Shown here piece after piece: positions 20,607-29,341 of a stretch of DNA of 64,000 bases (position 1 is the first letter of the stretch; each line of letters opens with the position of its first letter). The position numbers were made by a program, and so were the translations under genes. The notes under the pieces were generated by a model. That model searched no databases. It was not told the origin of the DNA and saw only the letters and a list, made by a program, of their open reading frames with translations. Location of the stretch: positions 20,252-84,251 of IMG/VR virus record IMGVR_UViG_3300037258_001185, one strand, 5' to 3'. Source of the DNA: a virus.

Positions 20607-20887
20607 GCGCCTTCATCGTCGCCACCGCGGCCGACAAGCTGCGCGCCTTCGACGACCTCGATCCCGCACTGCGCGAACTGATCGATTACGGACCCTTCAA
20701 TCCGGACAGCGTCTTCATCATGCGCCAGATGCAGAGCGACCTTGGCGTGGCCGAAACGGCGCGTCGGATGCGCGCGCAGATCGCCGAGACGCCGGAGACC
20801 TGGGCCGCGAACACCGCGCACGCCTGGAAACCCGAGCGAGGCAGTCCGCTCGCCGGCAGGGCGCCCAATCGGAGGAACGCCGCATGA
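20603..20887 (+). CDS. Hypothetical protein
   Basis: Coupled ORF. Confidence 0.5.
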   Translation: MSAFIVATAADKLRAFDDLDPALRELIDYGPFNPDSVFIMRQMQSDLGVAETARRMRAQIAETPETWAANTAHAWKPERGSPLAGRAPNRRNAA

Positions 20888-21375
20888 GCACGGGCCTTTG
20901 GGGATTCCCGGCCAGCGGTCAGAAGGGTCGCTGGACCGCTCTCGTCGAGCCGATGGTGTCGCGCGCGACACGCTTCCACACCCTGAAACGCTCCCACGCG
21001 AGCGACGGAACGGCTGTCATGCGCCGCGTCGGCGAGGGACCGACCGCGCAAAACGTCATAGAGGCGGTGCGCGAATACGAGATCCGCTTCGAGCTCGTCC
21101 AAATCGAGGAAGGGGGGCCCTTAAGCGAGCCGACGATCGTCGGGAGGTCGCACGATGGCCTCAGCCTCAACGGCACCGACGACGTACGCGATTTCCTCCA
21201 GGCGATCGTCGACTGCGCCGCTCAGATGGGGATCGAGGCAACCGAGGCGGCCAAGCTCGACCTGACCGGCGAACTCGACGCCACCCTCAACCACCTCGAC
21301 GACATGCGCCGCCTCGCCATGGGCGATAAATACGCCGGCCAGGTGCGGAAAACGCCTAAGGAACGCCGAGGATGA
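20884..21375 (+). CDS. Hypothetical protein
   Basis: GGAGG RBS; coupled ORF. Confidence 0.55.
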   Translation: MSTGLWGFPASGQKGRWTALVEPMVSRATRFHTLKRSHASDGTAVMRRVGEGPTAQNVIEAVREYEIRFELVQIEEGGPLSEPTIVGRSHDGLSLNGTDDVRDFLQAIVDCAAQMGIEATEAAKLDLTGELDATLNHLDDMRRLAMGDKYAGQVRKTPKERRG

Positions 21376-21575
21376 CGGCAAAAGGTCTCCCTGCGCAGCT
21401 CGCCGACATCGACGGCGAGGCGGAACCCGATCCTGACATCGGGGGCGCGACGGTGACCCACGACCCCATGCAGAGCCGCCAGACCGGAATGAGCGACCTG
21501 CTCGACGCCACCCTCAACTGCTCTCAGATCGTCATACTCGACGGCGAGACCGACAGGGGGGCGCACAAGGAATGA
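21372..21575 (+). CDS. Hypothetical protein
   Basis: Coupled ORF. Confidence 0.4.
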   Translation: MTAKGLPAQLADIDGEAEPDPDIGGATVTHDPMQSRQTGMSDLLDATLNCSQIVILDGETDRGAHKE

Positions 21576-21754
21576 TCGCGGAATTGCTGCACTACGCCGT
21601 CGGCTTTGTCCTGATGATGGCAGCCGCAAAGTGCACCGCGATCGCCTGGTGGCTGACGACACCAATCGGCCGCGCTCGCTGGGACAAGGTGTATCAGGCC
21701 GAAGTGGAGAGACGGCGCGTCAACAAGCTGATCCGCGAAAGCCTCAGGCGATGA
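21572..21754 (+). CDS. Small membrane protein
   Basis: AAGGA RBS; N-terminal hydrophobic helix. Confidence 0.45.
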   Translation: MIAELLHYAVGFVLMMAAAKCTAIAWWLTTPIGRARWDKVYQAEVERRRVNKLIRESLRR

Positions 21755-21872
21755 CGGCCGCGCGGCGGCGACGTTGCGTCCATAAAACACGCGCGTGAGT
21801 TTGGTTCAGGAGTTGGCGCGGGCTGGCCGCGTCTTGATGCCGATCGGGGGATTGGCGAAGGGGAGAGGCGTT

Positions 21873-22145
21873 ATGGGATTGCGTGACATGGTGGCGGCGG
21901 CGTCGGGCTGGCTGCATGCGCGGCGCGACACGGCCGTCCACAACAAGCTCGGCTTCATGGCGAGTTTGTTCGACCCGATGAAGGAAATGCTGGCCGAGCA
22001 CATGGCGGCGGCCGAGGCTCGGAAGCGCGAACACGAGGCGGCGGCGGCGGTGCACACGGCGCAGGCGCAGGCGCACCAGACGGCGATCGACCAGTCGGCG
22101 ATGCTGGCCGCGAACGTCGAGAAGCTGTTCACCCAGCCGCTCTGA
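21873..22145 (+). CDS. Hypothetical coiled-coil protein
   Basis: GGAGAGG RBS. Confidence 0.5.
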   Translation: MGLRDMVAAASGWLHARRDTAVHNKLGFMASLFDPMKEMLAEHMAAAEARKREHEAAAAVHTAQAQAHQTAIDQSAMLAANVEKLFTQPL

Positions 22146-22319
22146 GAGGGCAACGCCGATGGCCTGGTTTCTCCTGGCGATTTTGGTCCTCCGTGGCTTC
22201 GGGCTGCTGGTCGAAGGCGTCGGGAAAAACCTGGTCGCCGAGCGCGCCGCGGCTTTGATTGGCGCGGCATGCTTCGGCGCCTGCGCCGGATGGCTCTACT
22301 TCGCAAGCGGGCTGTTCGC

Positions 22320-22925
22320 ATGAGGGGCGCCGACCTGATCGTGCCGCGCTCAACCACCGCGCTGATCCCCTACGTCGGGAACAGCCGGACGCACAGCCCG
22401 GAGCAGGTGCAGCAGATCGCGGGCTCGATCCGCGAATTCGGCTTCACCAATCCGGTGCTGATCGACCAGGACAACGGCATCATCGCCGGGCACGGCCGCG
22501 TCCTGGCCGCTCAGTTGCTTGGCCTGTCTGAAGTGCCCTGCATCGTGCTCAGCCACCTCTCGCCGGCGCAGCGGCGCGCCTACGTCATCGCCGACAACAA
22601 GCTGGCGCTCAACGCCGGCTGGGACGAGAAAATGCTCGCCCTCGAGCTCGACGAGCTGAAGGCGGGCGGCTTCGACCTCGACCTCACCGGGTTCGGCGAG
22701 GTCGAGCGCGCCGATCTGGAGTTGCGGCTGAATGATCCTGCGCCGTCGGGCGGCAATGACGCGCCGCCCGACGCGGAGCCGATGGAGTTGCGCTGGGGCA
22801 ATACCCGGCTGCCGATCACGGCGACCGAGAAACTGGCGCTGACCGGCCGGCTCGATCAGCACTTGAAGGATTTCGGCGCGCCCTACGGCTTCGTTCGGGA
22901 AGGGCTGGGGCTCGGCGCCGAATAG
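22320..22925 (+). CDS. ParB/Srx N-terminal domain protein, paralog 1
   Basis: LIPYVGNSRTHS...SIREFGFTNPVLID...IIAGHGRVLAA...IADNKL. Confidence 0.88.
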   Translation: MRGADLIVPRSTTALIPYVGNSRTHSPEQVQQIAGSIREFGFTNPVLIDQDNGIIAGHGRVLAAQLLGLSEVPCIVLSHLSPAQRRAYVIADNKLALNAGWDEKMLALELDELKAGGFDLDLTGFGEVERADLELRLNDPAPSGGNDAPPDAEPMELRWGNTRLPITATEKLALTGRLDQHLKDFGAPYGFVREGLGLGAE

Positions 22926-22928
22926 CGA

Positions 22929-23213
22929 TCAGGCCGGGCGCGGCCGGTGAGCCGCACGAACACGCTGCGCCATGGCGGCGGCGGCGTGGCACATCGGAGC
23001 GAACGCCGGCTCGCTGGCACGGGAGGCGGCCCAGCGTGCCATATCGGCGGCCAACGCGACTTCCCTGGCCGGCGTCATGTTGTCGTTCATCTGCTCCACG
23101 TCACGCCGCTGGCTCCAAACGCCAGACGCCTCAGTGCCCCTACCGAAGAACACTTGGGGCCAAGCCTGCCTAAAACCTTGGCGACGCGGACGGTCGAACA
23201 CGGCCTTTGCCAT
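22929..23213 (-). CDS. Hypothetical protein
   Basis: Single gene behind promoter copy 3; GGGGAG RBS. Confidence 0.45.
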   Translation of the reverse strand: MAKAVFDRPRRQGFRQAWPQVFFGRGTEASGVWSQRRDVEQMNDNMTPAREVALAADMARWAASRASEPAFAPMCHAAAAMAQRVRAAHRPRPA

Positions 23214-23242
23214 CACCAATCTCCCCTCGAACCGCAAGCAAT

Positions 23243-23315
23243 CTCAACGCTGTGGATAATAACACAACCCGCTAATCGATCAACATAAAAGCGCGTTATA
23301 CGCGCTTTTATGTTG
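23243..23315 (-). promoter_or_regulatory. Repeated leftward promoter plus palindrome, copy 3
   Basis: Perfect 16-bp inverted repeat caacataaaagcgcgt-tat-acgcgcttttatgttg; TTGATC...TATTAT. Confidence 0.8.
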
Positions 23316-23484
23316 GCAGCTCCTTCAATCGACGGACGATCGCTTGCGCTGCGTAAAGGCCGCAGCCATAGGCTTCGAGGTAGGAGATGATCGGGCCGGC
23401 TGCATAGCCGGCGGCGAACATGCGCGCGGCCGTGGCGCGGCACCAATCGTCGGCCGGCGCGGTCCAGGGGATTGTTCGGCTCAT
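23308..23484 (-). CDS. Hypothetical protein
   Basis: Coupled ORF; stop codon lies inside the palindrome. Confidence 0.45.
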   Translation of the reverse strand: MSRTIPWTAPADDWCRATAARMFAAGYAAGPIISYLEAYGCGLYAAQAIVRRLKELPT

Positions 23485-23708
23485 CGATCCGCCCTCATCG
23501 CTACGCGGGTGACGTCGCCGCGGACACCGTCGTCGCGGCCATTGAGATAGGCATCGAGCCAATCTGCGCTGGCCGCCGGGTAGAGATCGCAAGCTTCGCG
23601 AGGGCTGACGAATTGCCGCGAAACATGACCGTCGAGCCAACCGCGCAGGCCAGGTTCGTCGCGGTGCGCGCGGCAGAACTTGGCCGCCGCCGAGATGGCG
23701 CCCTTCAT
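23481..23708 (-). CDS. Hypothetical protein
   Basis: Coupled ORF. Confidence 0.45.
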   Translation of the reverse strand: MKGAISAAAKFCRAHRDEPGLRGWLDGHVSRQFVSPREACDLYPAASADWLDAYLNGRDDGVRGDVTRVAMRADR

Positions 23709-23968
23709 TGCTCGCTGTCCTCGATCAGCGTGAGCAGGTCGGCGATCGCCTCCTCCTCGGTCGCACCGTAGCCGACCTGGCCGCGATTGCAGGAGTCCGG
23801 CGCGCCGTCATATCGGTCGTCATCGATCGCGGCATAGTCGAACGCGCGGGTCGGCAGGCAGCCGGCCTCGGTGGCCGAGACGCGGACATTGACGATCCTG
23901 GTTGATGCGTCGGGAAGTGCGCCGGTCGGGCCGGCCTGGACAGCGTAGATGGTCATTTCGGACTCCAA
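23705..23968 (-). CDS. Hypothetical protein
   Basis: YDGAPDS...GYGATEEEAIADL. Confidence 0.55.
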   Translation of the reverse strand: MESEMTIYAVQAGPTGALPDASTRIVNVRVSATEAGCLPTRAFDYAAIDDDRYDGAPDSCNRGQVGYGATEEEAIADLLTLIEDSEQ

Positions 23969-24129
23969 TCAGACGGGAAGACCTCGGCGGCTGCAGCCCA
24001 CGGGCTGACGCCCTCTAGCCGCAGCGCCTCGGCTGTCTTGCGGGTATTTGCGGTCATCCGCGCCGCCAGGGCCGCGCGGCAACGGTCGAGCGCCGCCCAC
24101 CATTCATCGTGTGCCATCGCCGTTGCTCC

Positions 24130-24552
24130 TCAGACCGCCATGAAGCGGATCTTGCGGCCCTGTGCGTCTTTCGCCGGCAGGTCGAGGTGCTTGGCGGCGA
24201 TTACCGTGATCCAGTAGAAGCCGCCGCGATCGGCGCGGACGATCCACTTCTGCTGCTCGGCGTAGCGGATGACGCCAGGGCTGACGAACTGCAGCAGGTC
24301 TTCGCGCTCGACGACGTGGGTGCGCAGCAGCGCGGTCCGCAGGTCGTCATTGGTCAACCGCTCGTGCGGCAGCGACCAGTCGCGGATCAGGTGGCCGTCG
24401 GCATCCTCGCTGTAGACCGGCTTGTCGGCGACGGCCCGCGCCATGGTCTTGGCGGCGCGGCTGGCCATCCCGCAGCGATCTTCGTAGGCGCGGCGCTTGT
24501 TCGCGACGGTCGGGAGCGACAGGGTCGAGCGAGTAGCGATTTTGCGGGGCAT
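24130..24552 (-). CDS. Hypothetical protein
   Basis: First gene after promoter copy 4; GGAG RBS. Confidence 0.55.
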   Translation of the reverse strand: MPRKIATRSTLSLPTVANKRRAYEDRCGMASRAAKTMARAVADKPVYSEDADGHLIRDWSLPHERLTNDDLRTALLRTHVVEREDLLQFVSPGVIRYAEQQKWIVRADRGGFYWITVIAAKHLDLPAKDAQGRKIRFMAV

Positions 24553-24579
24553 CGTCGTCTCCGTGGAAAAGCAAACAAT

Positions 24580-24650
24580 CTCAACGCCGTGGATAATAAC
24601 ATATCCGGCAAACTCGTCAACAAAAAGCGCGCTATGCGCGCCTTTTTATT
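24580..24650 (-). promoter_or_regulatory. Repeated leftward promoter plus palindrome, copy 4
   Basis: ctcaacgccgtggataataac...gtcaacaaaaagcgcgctatgcgcgccttttt. Confidence 0.75.
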
Positions 24651-24718
24651 AGGAAAAATGCGATGAATACGATGTCGCGGGCCGGTGACGGCCGCCTGAA
24701 ATCCGGGGAGAGACGCTG

Positions 24719-25165
24719 ATGGCCGCTAAGGGCACCTGCCCGGATTGCCGGGGCAGCGGGAGCCGCCCGCGGCCGCCTGGGCACGACGGCCGGTCGAATC
24801 CATTCCGGCAGCTATGCCAGCGCTGCCAGGGCGTTGGTATCGCGACCCTGACGGCGGATGAGCACGCTACCGATTTTCGCATGCGACAGACCGCCGGGAC
24901 GACGATGGCCTCGCGTCGCGCGACATCTTCCACCAGCAGCGGCGATCGCAGCTTCCGGTCCGGTATCGAGGTCGCGGGCGACATTCGTCGGCGGCGCGAT
25001 CAGATCAGAAATGAGGAAGGGCGCGGCGCTCCGTCTTGTGAACCAACGCCAGACCCGCCGGCGACAGGTTCTGTCACAGAGTCTGTCACAGCCCCAGCGA
25101 CAAGCCGCGGTGACCTCGGTTGTCCCTATGGCTGTGTCGACGACTGCGCCGGCCTGTGCATGTGA
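24719..25165 (+). CDS. CxxCxGxG zinc-finger protein
   Basis: CPDCRGSG...CQRCQGVG. Confidence 0.5.
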   Translation: MAAKGTCPDCRGSGSRPRPPGHDGRSNPFRQLCQRCQGVGIATLTADEHATDFRMRQTAGTTMASRRATSSTSSGDRSFRSGIEVAGDIRRRRDQIRNEEGRGAPSCEPTPDPPATGSVTESVTAPATSRGDLGCPYGCVDDCAGLCM

Positions 25166-25170
25166 GGAGA

Positions 25171-25344
25171 ATGCCAATGGCCATGACAAAGCGCCGGTGG
25201 CATCCCCGGCGCCCGACGGAGTTGCTCGAGATCGAGGACGCCGACGAGCTGCCGGACGGCTCTGGCGTCGACGATCGCTCGACCTTCAACCTTGGCGACG
25301 GCACCCGCTGGATCGAGCCGCATTACGAGGAGGACGTCCAATGA
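25171..25344 (+). CDS. Hypothetical acidic protein
   Basis: GAGGAG RBS. Confidence 0.45.
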   Translation: MPMAMTKRRWHPRRPTELLEIEDADELPDGSGVDDRSTFNLGDGTRWIEPHYEEDVQ

Positions 25345-25541
25345 AGGCGGCTCGAATTCGGGCGATCATCACGGTGAATGATCAGTGGGGGCGGCCGCAC
25401 ACCGCAGGCGGCGAGGTCGTCATCGAGCAGGACAAGTCGCCGACGTTCATCGGGCTGCTCGACGCCAGCGGCCAGCCGCTCTACCGCTTCCCCCAACAGA
25501 ACCGGATCGGCTTCGATCTGGGATGGGACGACGACGGATGA
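25341..25541 (+). CDS. Hypothetical protein
   Basis: GGAGG RBS; ATGA overlap. Confidence 0.5.
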   Translation: MKAARIRAIITVNDQWGRPHTAGGEVVIEQDKSPTFIGLLDASGQPLYRFPQQNRIGFDLGWDDDG

Positions 25542-25885
25542 CGCGCGCCGCCGCTCATCGCAGCTTTGCGACCGAAAACTTCCATCCAAGCATCCGCAGC
25601 TCGTGCCTTTTCTGTACGGCTTTGCGGCACCAATGGTCGTCTGGAATGACACAATGTTCCATCGCAAGATGGTAGATCAGAATCAGTCTTTCGACGTGCG
25701 TCGGGCGCACTGGATGCGCCACAACGGCCGCGATCACCAGCGCCAAAGCCAGGGTCGGTAGGATCATGCTGCGCCAGACGCCCGCCATCCCTTGCCGCCT
25801 TCGATCGTAAACGTCGCGCCATCATGCCTCCAGGCACAAGGCGCTGCAAGGTCGGGCGAGCAAACCCAGAAGTGGAAAGGGTAGA

Positions 25886-26485
25886 ATGAACATCCCAGAC
25901 AGGATCGTTCAGCGGCCGACGGCGGCGCTGATTCCCTACGCCCGCAACAGCCGGACCCACAGCGAGCGCCAGGTCGCGCAGATCGCCGCCAGCATCCGGG
26001 AGTTCGGCTTTACCAACCCCGTGCTGATCGACGCCGAGGACGGCATCATCGCCGGGCACGGCCGCGTCCTGGCGGCGCACACGCTCGGCGTGATCGAGGT
26101 GCCGTGCATCGTGCTGGCGCACCTGACTGAGCTGCAAAAGCGCGCCTATGTGATCGCCGACAACCGCCTCGCCGAGAGCGCCGGCTGGGATGACGCGGCG
26201 CTGTCGGCGGAACTGGCGCGACTTGAGGAAGACGGCTTCAACCTCGGCCTGACCGGCTTCGATCCGATCGAGCTACGCGGCCTGATGGGCAGCAAGGATC
26301 TGCTCGACCCAACCGACGGCCGGGCCGAACACGGCGCCACCTTGCCGCGGCTGTTCATCGACGACCGCGCCGTCCTGATAACCTCGGAGGAACGCGACAT
26401 GCTGCAGGATGCCTACGACCGGCACATGGAGACCTACGGCGTCACCGACGGCTTTGTCGCGACGCTGCTGAGCAGCGGCCGATGA
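25886..26485 (+). CDS. ParB/Srx N-terminal domain protein, paralog 2
   Basis: LIPYARNSRTHS...SIREFGFTNPVLID...IIAGHGRVLAA. Confidence 0.88.
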   Translation: MNIPDRIVQRPTAALIPYARNSRTHSERQVAQIAASIREFGFTNPVLIDAEDGIIAGHGRVLAAHTLGVIEVPCIVLAHLTELQKRAYVIADNRLAESAGWDDAALSAELARLEEDGFNLGLTGFDPIELRGLMGSKDLLDPTDGRAEHGATLPRLFIDDRAVLITSEERDMLQDAYDRHMETYGVTDGFVATLLSSGR

Positions 26486-26692
26486 CCGCCGACTATCGCG
26501 GCCTGTCATACGAGCAGGCGTCTCGCGAAGGGCTGAGGCTGGTCCGACAGGCGGCCGAGACTGGCGCTTGGCACAAGATCCTCGAACCGCTCACCGCGCT
26601 GCGCGAAATCATGGCGCTCATGGTGCGTCGGCCGCCGTCACAGGAAGACGACGGCGCTTGATGAGTTGCCCACATACCTGGCGAGGGTCGCG

Positions 26693-28105
26693 ATGATCTT
26701 CCACCTCAACTACCCGCTCGAAGGCCTGCGCGGCGCCGACTACAACCCGCGCCACATCGGCGAGACCGAGCTCGCCCGGCTGCGTCATTCGCTCGAACGC
26801 CTCAGCGTCTGCAAGCCGATCATCGTGCACGGCAAGACGATCGTCGCCGGCCACCAGCGCACGCGGTCGTTGCGGGCGCTCGGCCGGACGCACGCGCCGG
26901 CGATCGTCTTGGAGACGATCACGGCGACCGACGAAATCCGCTTCAACCAGCTCCACAACGGCACCGATTTTGACGCCGGTGACGAGAACTGCACGGTCGG
27001 GCCGGCTGGCTGCGAGCCGCTCCATTTCGAGGATGTGGCCTATCGCGCCATCCAGGGCAACCTGCGCGGCCGGCTCGCGCCGGTACGGGGCGAAATCTGC
27101 CGCCTCGTCGAGCGCTACGGCAATTGGGGTGCCGCGACCGCGACGATGTCCGGCAAGGTCATCCATGCCGCGCAGTTCGCGCTGGCCTGCCGCCTGACCG
27201 GGCGGCCGTGCCGGGTCTACCGGATCCCCGACGAGATGGAGGAGGAGGCGGCAGCGCTGCTCGGCGCGAGCTACGGCAAGTTCTCCTACGAGCACCTGCC
27301 GCGCGCGACCTACATCCAGACCCGCGCCCAGATGTTCCGGCTACGGGAGAACGGGTCGCCGAAGCTCAACCTGTCGGCGCTCTACGAGACGCGCGTCAAG
27401 CCGGAATTGGCGCCCTCTGAGCGCATTCTCGATTTCGGCTGCGGCGAGGGCGATTACGTGCAGGCGCTATGCGCACGCGGCCACCCGATATTCGGGATCG
27501 AGTTCTTTTTCCGCGATGGCCAGAGCATCGACGCGACAACGGTGCATCGGATGATCGACGCCGCGACGGCCGACATGGAACGCAACGGCCTGTTCGATGT
27601 CGTCCTGGCCGACAGCGTGATGAACAGCATCGACTCGAAGCTGGCCGAGGCGGATGTCCTGACCTGCCTCAACGCGTTCTGCCGGCCGGGCGGCCGCATC
27701 TACTTCTCGGGCCGGCCGATGTATCGCGTCGAGAAGTCGCTGCGGGCGACCTTGCGGGCCGATCAGCGGCGCGGCATCGAGTTCCTCGACGCCGACGGTT
27801 TCACCGGCCTCTACCGGGAAGGCAACTGGTTCTACCAGAAATTCCACTCCGACGAGGAGGCGCGCGCGCTTGGTGCCCGCTTCGTCGGCGAGCGGGCGAG
27901 CTTCAGCGGGGGCAAAAACTCCTGGCAGGTCGGCGGCGTCAAGACCATCGAGTTGCCGGCAGAGGAATGCCGCGCGTCGATCGCCCGCGAGTTCGACCTT
28001 ATCTGGCCGGCAGGACGCCGCGTTGGCCGAGCGGATCAAATGCTCGCCGCATGGGATCGAGCCCGTAATATGCCACTCCGAACCGCCAATTCCGACAGGT
28101 CGTGA
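26693..28105 (+). CDS. ParB/Srx domain fused to a class I SAM-dependent methyltransferase
   Basis: ADYNPRHI...IVAGHQR; ILDFGCGEG; DSVMNS. Confidence 0.75.
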   Translation: MIFHLNYPLEGLRGADYNPRHIGETELARLRHSLERLSVCKPIIVHGKTIVAGHQRTRSLRALGRTHAPAIVLETITATDEIRFNQLHNGTDFDAGDENCTVGPAGCEPLHFEDVAYRAIQGNLRGRLAPVRGEICRLVERYGNWGAATATMSGKVIHAAQFALACRLTGRPCRVYRIPDEMEEEAAALLGASYGKFSYEHLPRATYIQTRAQMFRLRENGSPKLNLSALYETRVKPELAPSERILDFGCGEGDYVQALCARGHPIFGIEFFFRDGQSIDATTVHRMIDAATADMERNGLFDVVLADSVMNSIDSKLAEADVLTCLNAFCRPGGRIYFSGRPMYRVEKSLRATLRADQRRGIEFLDADGFTGLYREGNWFYQKFHSDEEARALGARFVGERASFSGGKNSWQVGGVKTIELPAEECRASIAREFDLIWPAGRRVGRADQMLAAWDRARNMPLRTANSDRS

Positions 28106-28556
28106 ATTCCTTGCCGCGGCTGTCGTAGCCGAGCGGCAGGTCGGGGATCTCGACGCGCCGCGCACCGGCGATGCGAAACACGGTCCCGGTGGAGGCGCGG
28201 ACCTCGGCGACGCTGTGCGGGTCGGGGATCGCGACCAGGTGCAGGTTCTTCGACCAATCCCATGACTGATGCACGCCGCACAGGTAGATCGCGTCATAGG
28301 CGAGGCTGGATCGTCCCCACGGCCGGCTGGTGCCCGGGGCGCCGGGCGCAAGGCCCATCGGGGTGCCGGGAACGAGCTTTTTGGCGAGTGACGGCAGCGT
28401 CCAGCCGATGATGCAGGTCTGGCAATGACAGTGCGGATCGAAGCCATTTGCGAATTTGACCCATAGGGTTCGCCAGCCGGCGAGCGGGCCATCGGCGGTC
28501 AGGGTCGGGGTCGGGGTCGGTTCCGCGGGAGACGGAGCGGACGGCTCTTGCGACAT
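27999..28556 (-). CDS. Hypothetical protein
   Basis: Aromatic-rich leftward ORF with GAGG RBS; overlaps the 3' end of the MTase. Confidence 0.55.
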   Translation of the reverse strand: MSQEPSAPSPAEPTPTPTLTADGPLAGWRTLWVKFANGFDPHCHCQTCIIGWTLPSLAKKLVPGTPMGLAPGAPGTSRPWGRSSLAYDAIYLCGVHQSWDWSKNLHLVAIPDPHSVAEVRASTGTVFRIAGARRVEIPDLPLGYDSRGKEFTTCRNWRFGVAYYGLDPMRRAFDPLGQRGVLPAR

Positions 28557-28835
28557 GATCATCCTCAGAGGGGACATTAGCCGCACAACATATCACAGTC
28601 AGTGGCAAGATGCCACAATCATCGCGCTCGATTCGTGGAGCCCATCAAGTGACCCCCTCTCATAGAGGCGCGCAACACGCGCTTTTCTGCGGATCAGGTG
28701 ATTGGGCTGGCGTTTTTTGGTCAATTGGTTTACTGAGAAAATTCTCAATCGATCAGTCCGCCTAGAGATTGGGCTGCCGGGAGCCCGGACGGTCGAGCTC
28801 TGATTGATCCCGCCGGCGGCATGAGCCGCTGGCCT

Positions 28836-28861
28836 GCCGCCGGTCCCGGCCGGCGGTTTTT
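28836..28861 (+). terminator. Terminator-like hairpin just before the terminase genes
   Basis: gccgccggt...gccggcggt followed by a T run. Confidence 0.4.
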
Positions 28862-28873
28862 CTGTTCAGGCCG

Positions 28874-29341
28874 ATGACCAAGAGACACGTACCGAGCGAC
28901 CGGACGCGGGCGACGGTCGAGGCGCTTGCCGCCTACGGCATCCCCGAGGAACACATCGCGGCTGACATCGGCGTCTCGCCGCCGACGCTGCGCAAGCACT
29001 ACCGCGCCGAACTCGATACCGCCGCGACCCGCGCCAACGCCAAGGTCGGCGAGTTTCTGTTCTCGATGGCCACCGGCCGCAACGGGCCGCTTGCTCGCGA
29101 CAAGGATGGCTCGGTCATCCGCGACGCCAACGGCGTTCCAATCCGGGAGGCCGATTACCGCGCCTCGACGACAGCAGCGATCTTCTGGGCGAAGACTCGG
29201 ATGCTTTGGCGCGAGGTCTCCGGTGTAAATCTGAGTGTCGAAGATGATTCGTCCGGCGCGCGAGAACTGCTCACTCGCGCAATCGATCGCCTCGCTCCCG
29301 CCGGAGGAGAGGAGACGGCTACTACGGCGCCTGAAGCCTGA
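28874..29341 (+). CDS. terS: Terminase small subunit
   Basis: HTH (IAADIGVSPPTLRKHY), AAIFWAKTR; precedes TerL. Confidence 0.75.
   Translation: MTKRHVPSDRTRATVEALAAYGIPEEHIAADIGVSPPTLRKHYRAELDTAATRANAKVGEFLFSMATGRNGPLARDKDGSVIRDANGVPIREADYRASTTAAIFWAKTRMLWREVSGVNLSVEDDSSGARELLTRAIDRLAPAGGEETATTAPEA

Noticed and set aside
13616-24650. CRISPR array or integron attC sites
   Set aside because: Repeats are 1-5 kb apart and contain promoter boxes; no regular spacers, cas genes or RYYYAAC/GTTRRRY ends
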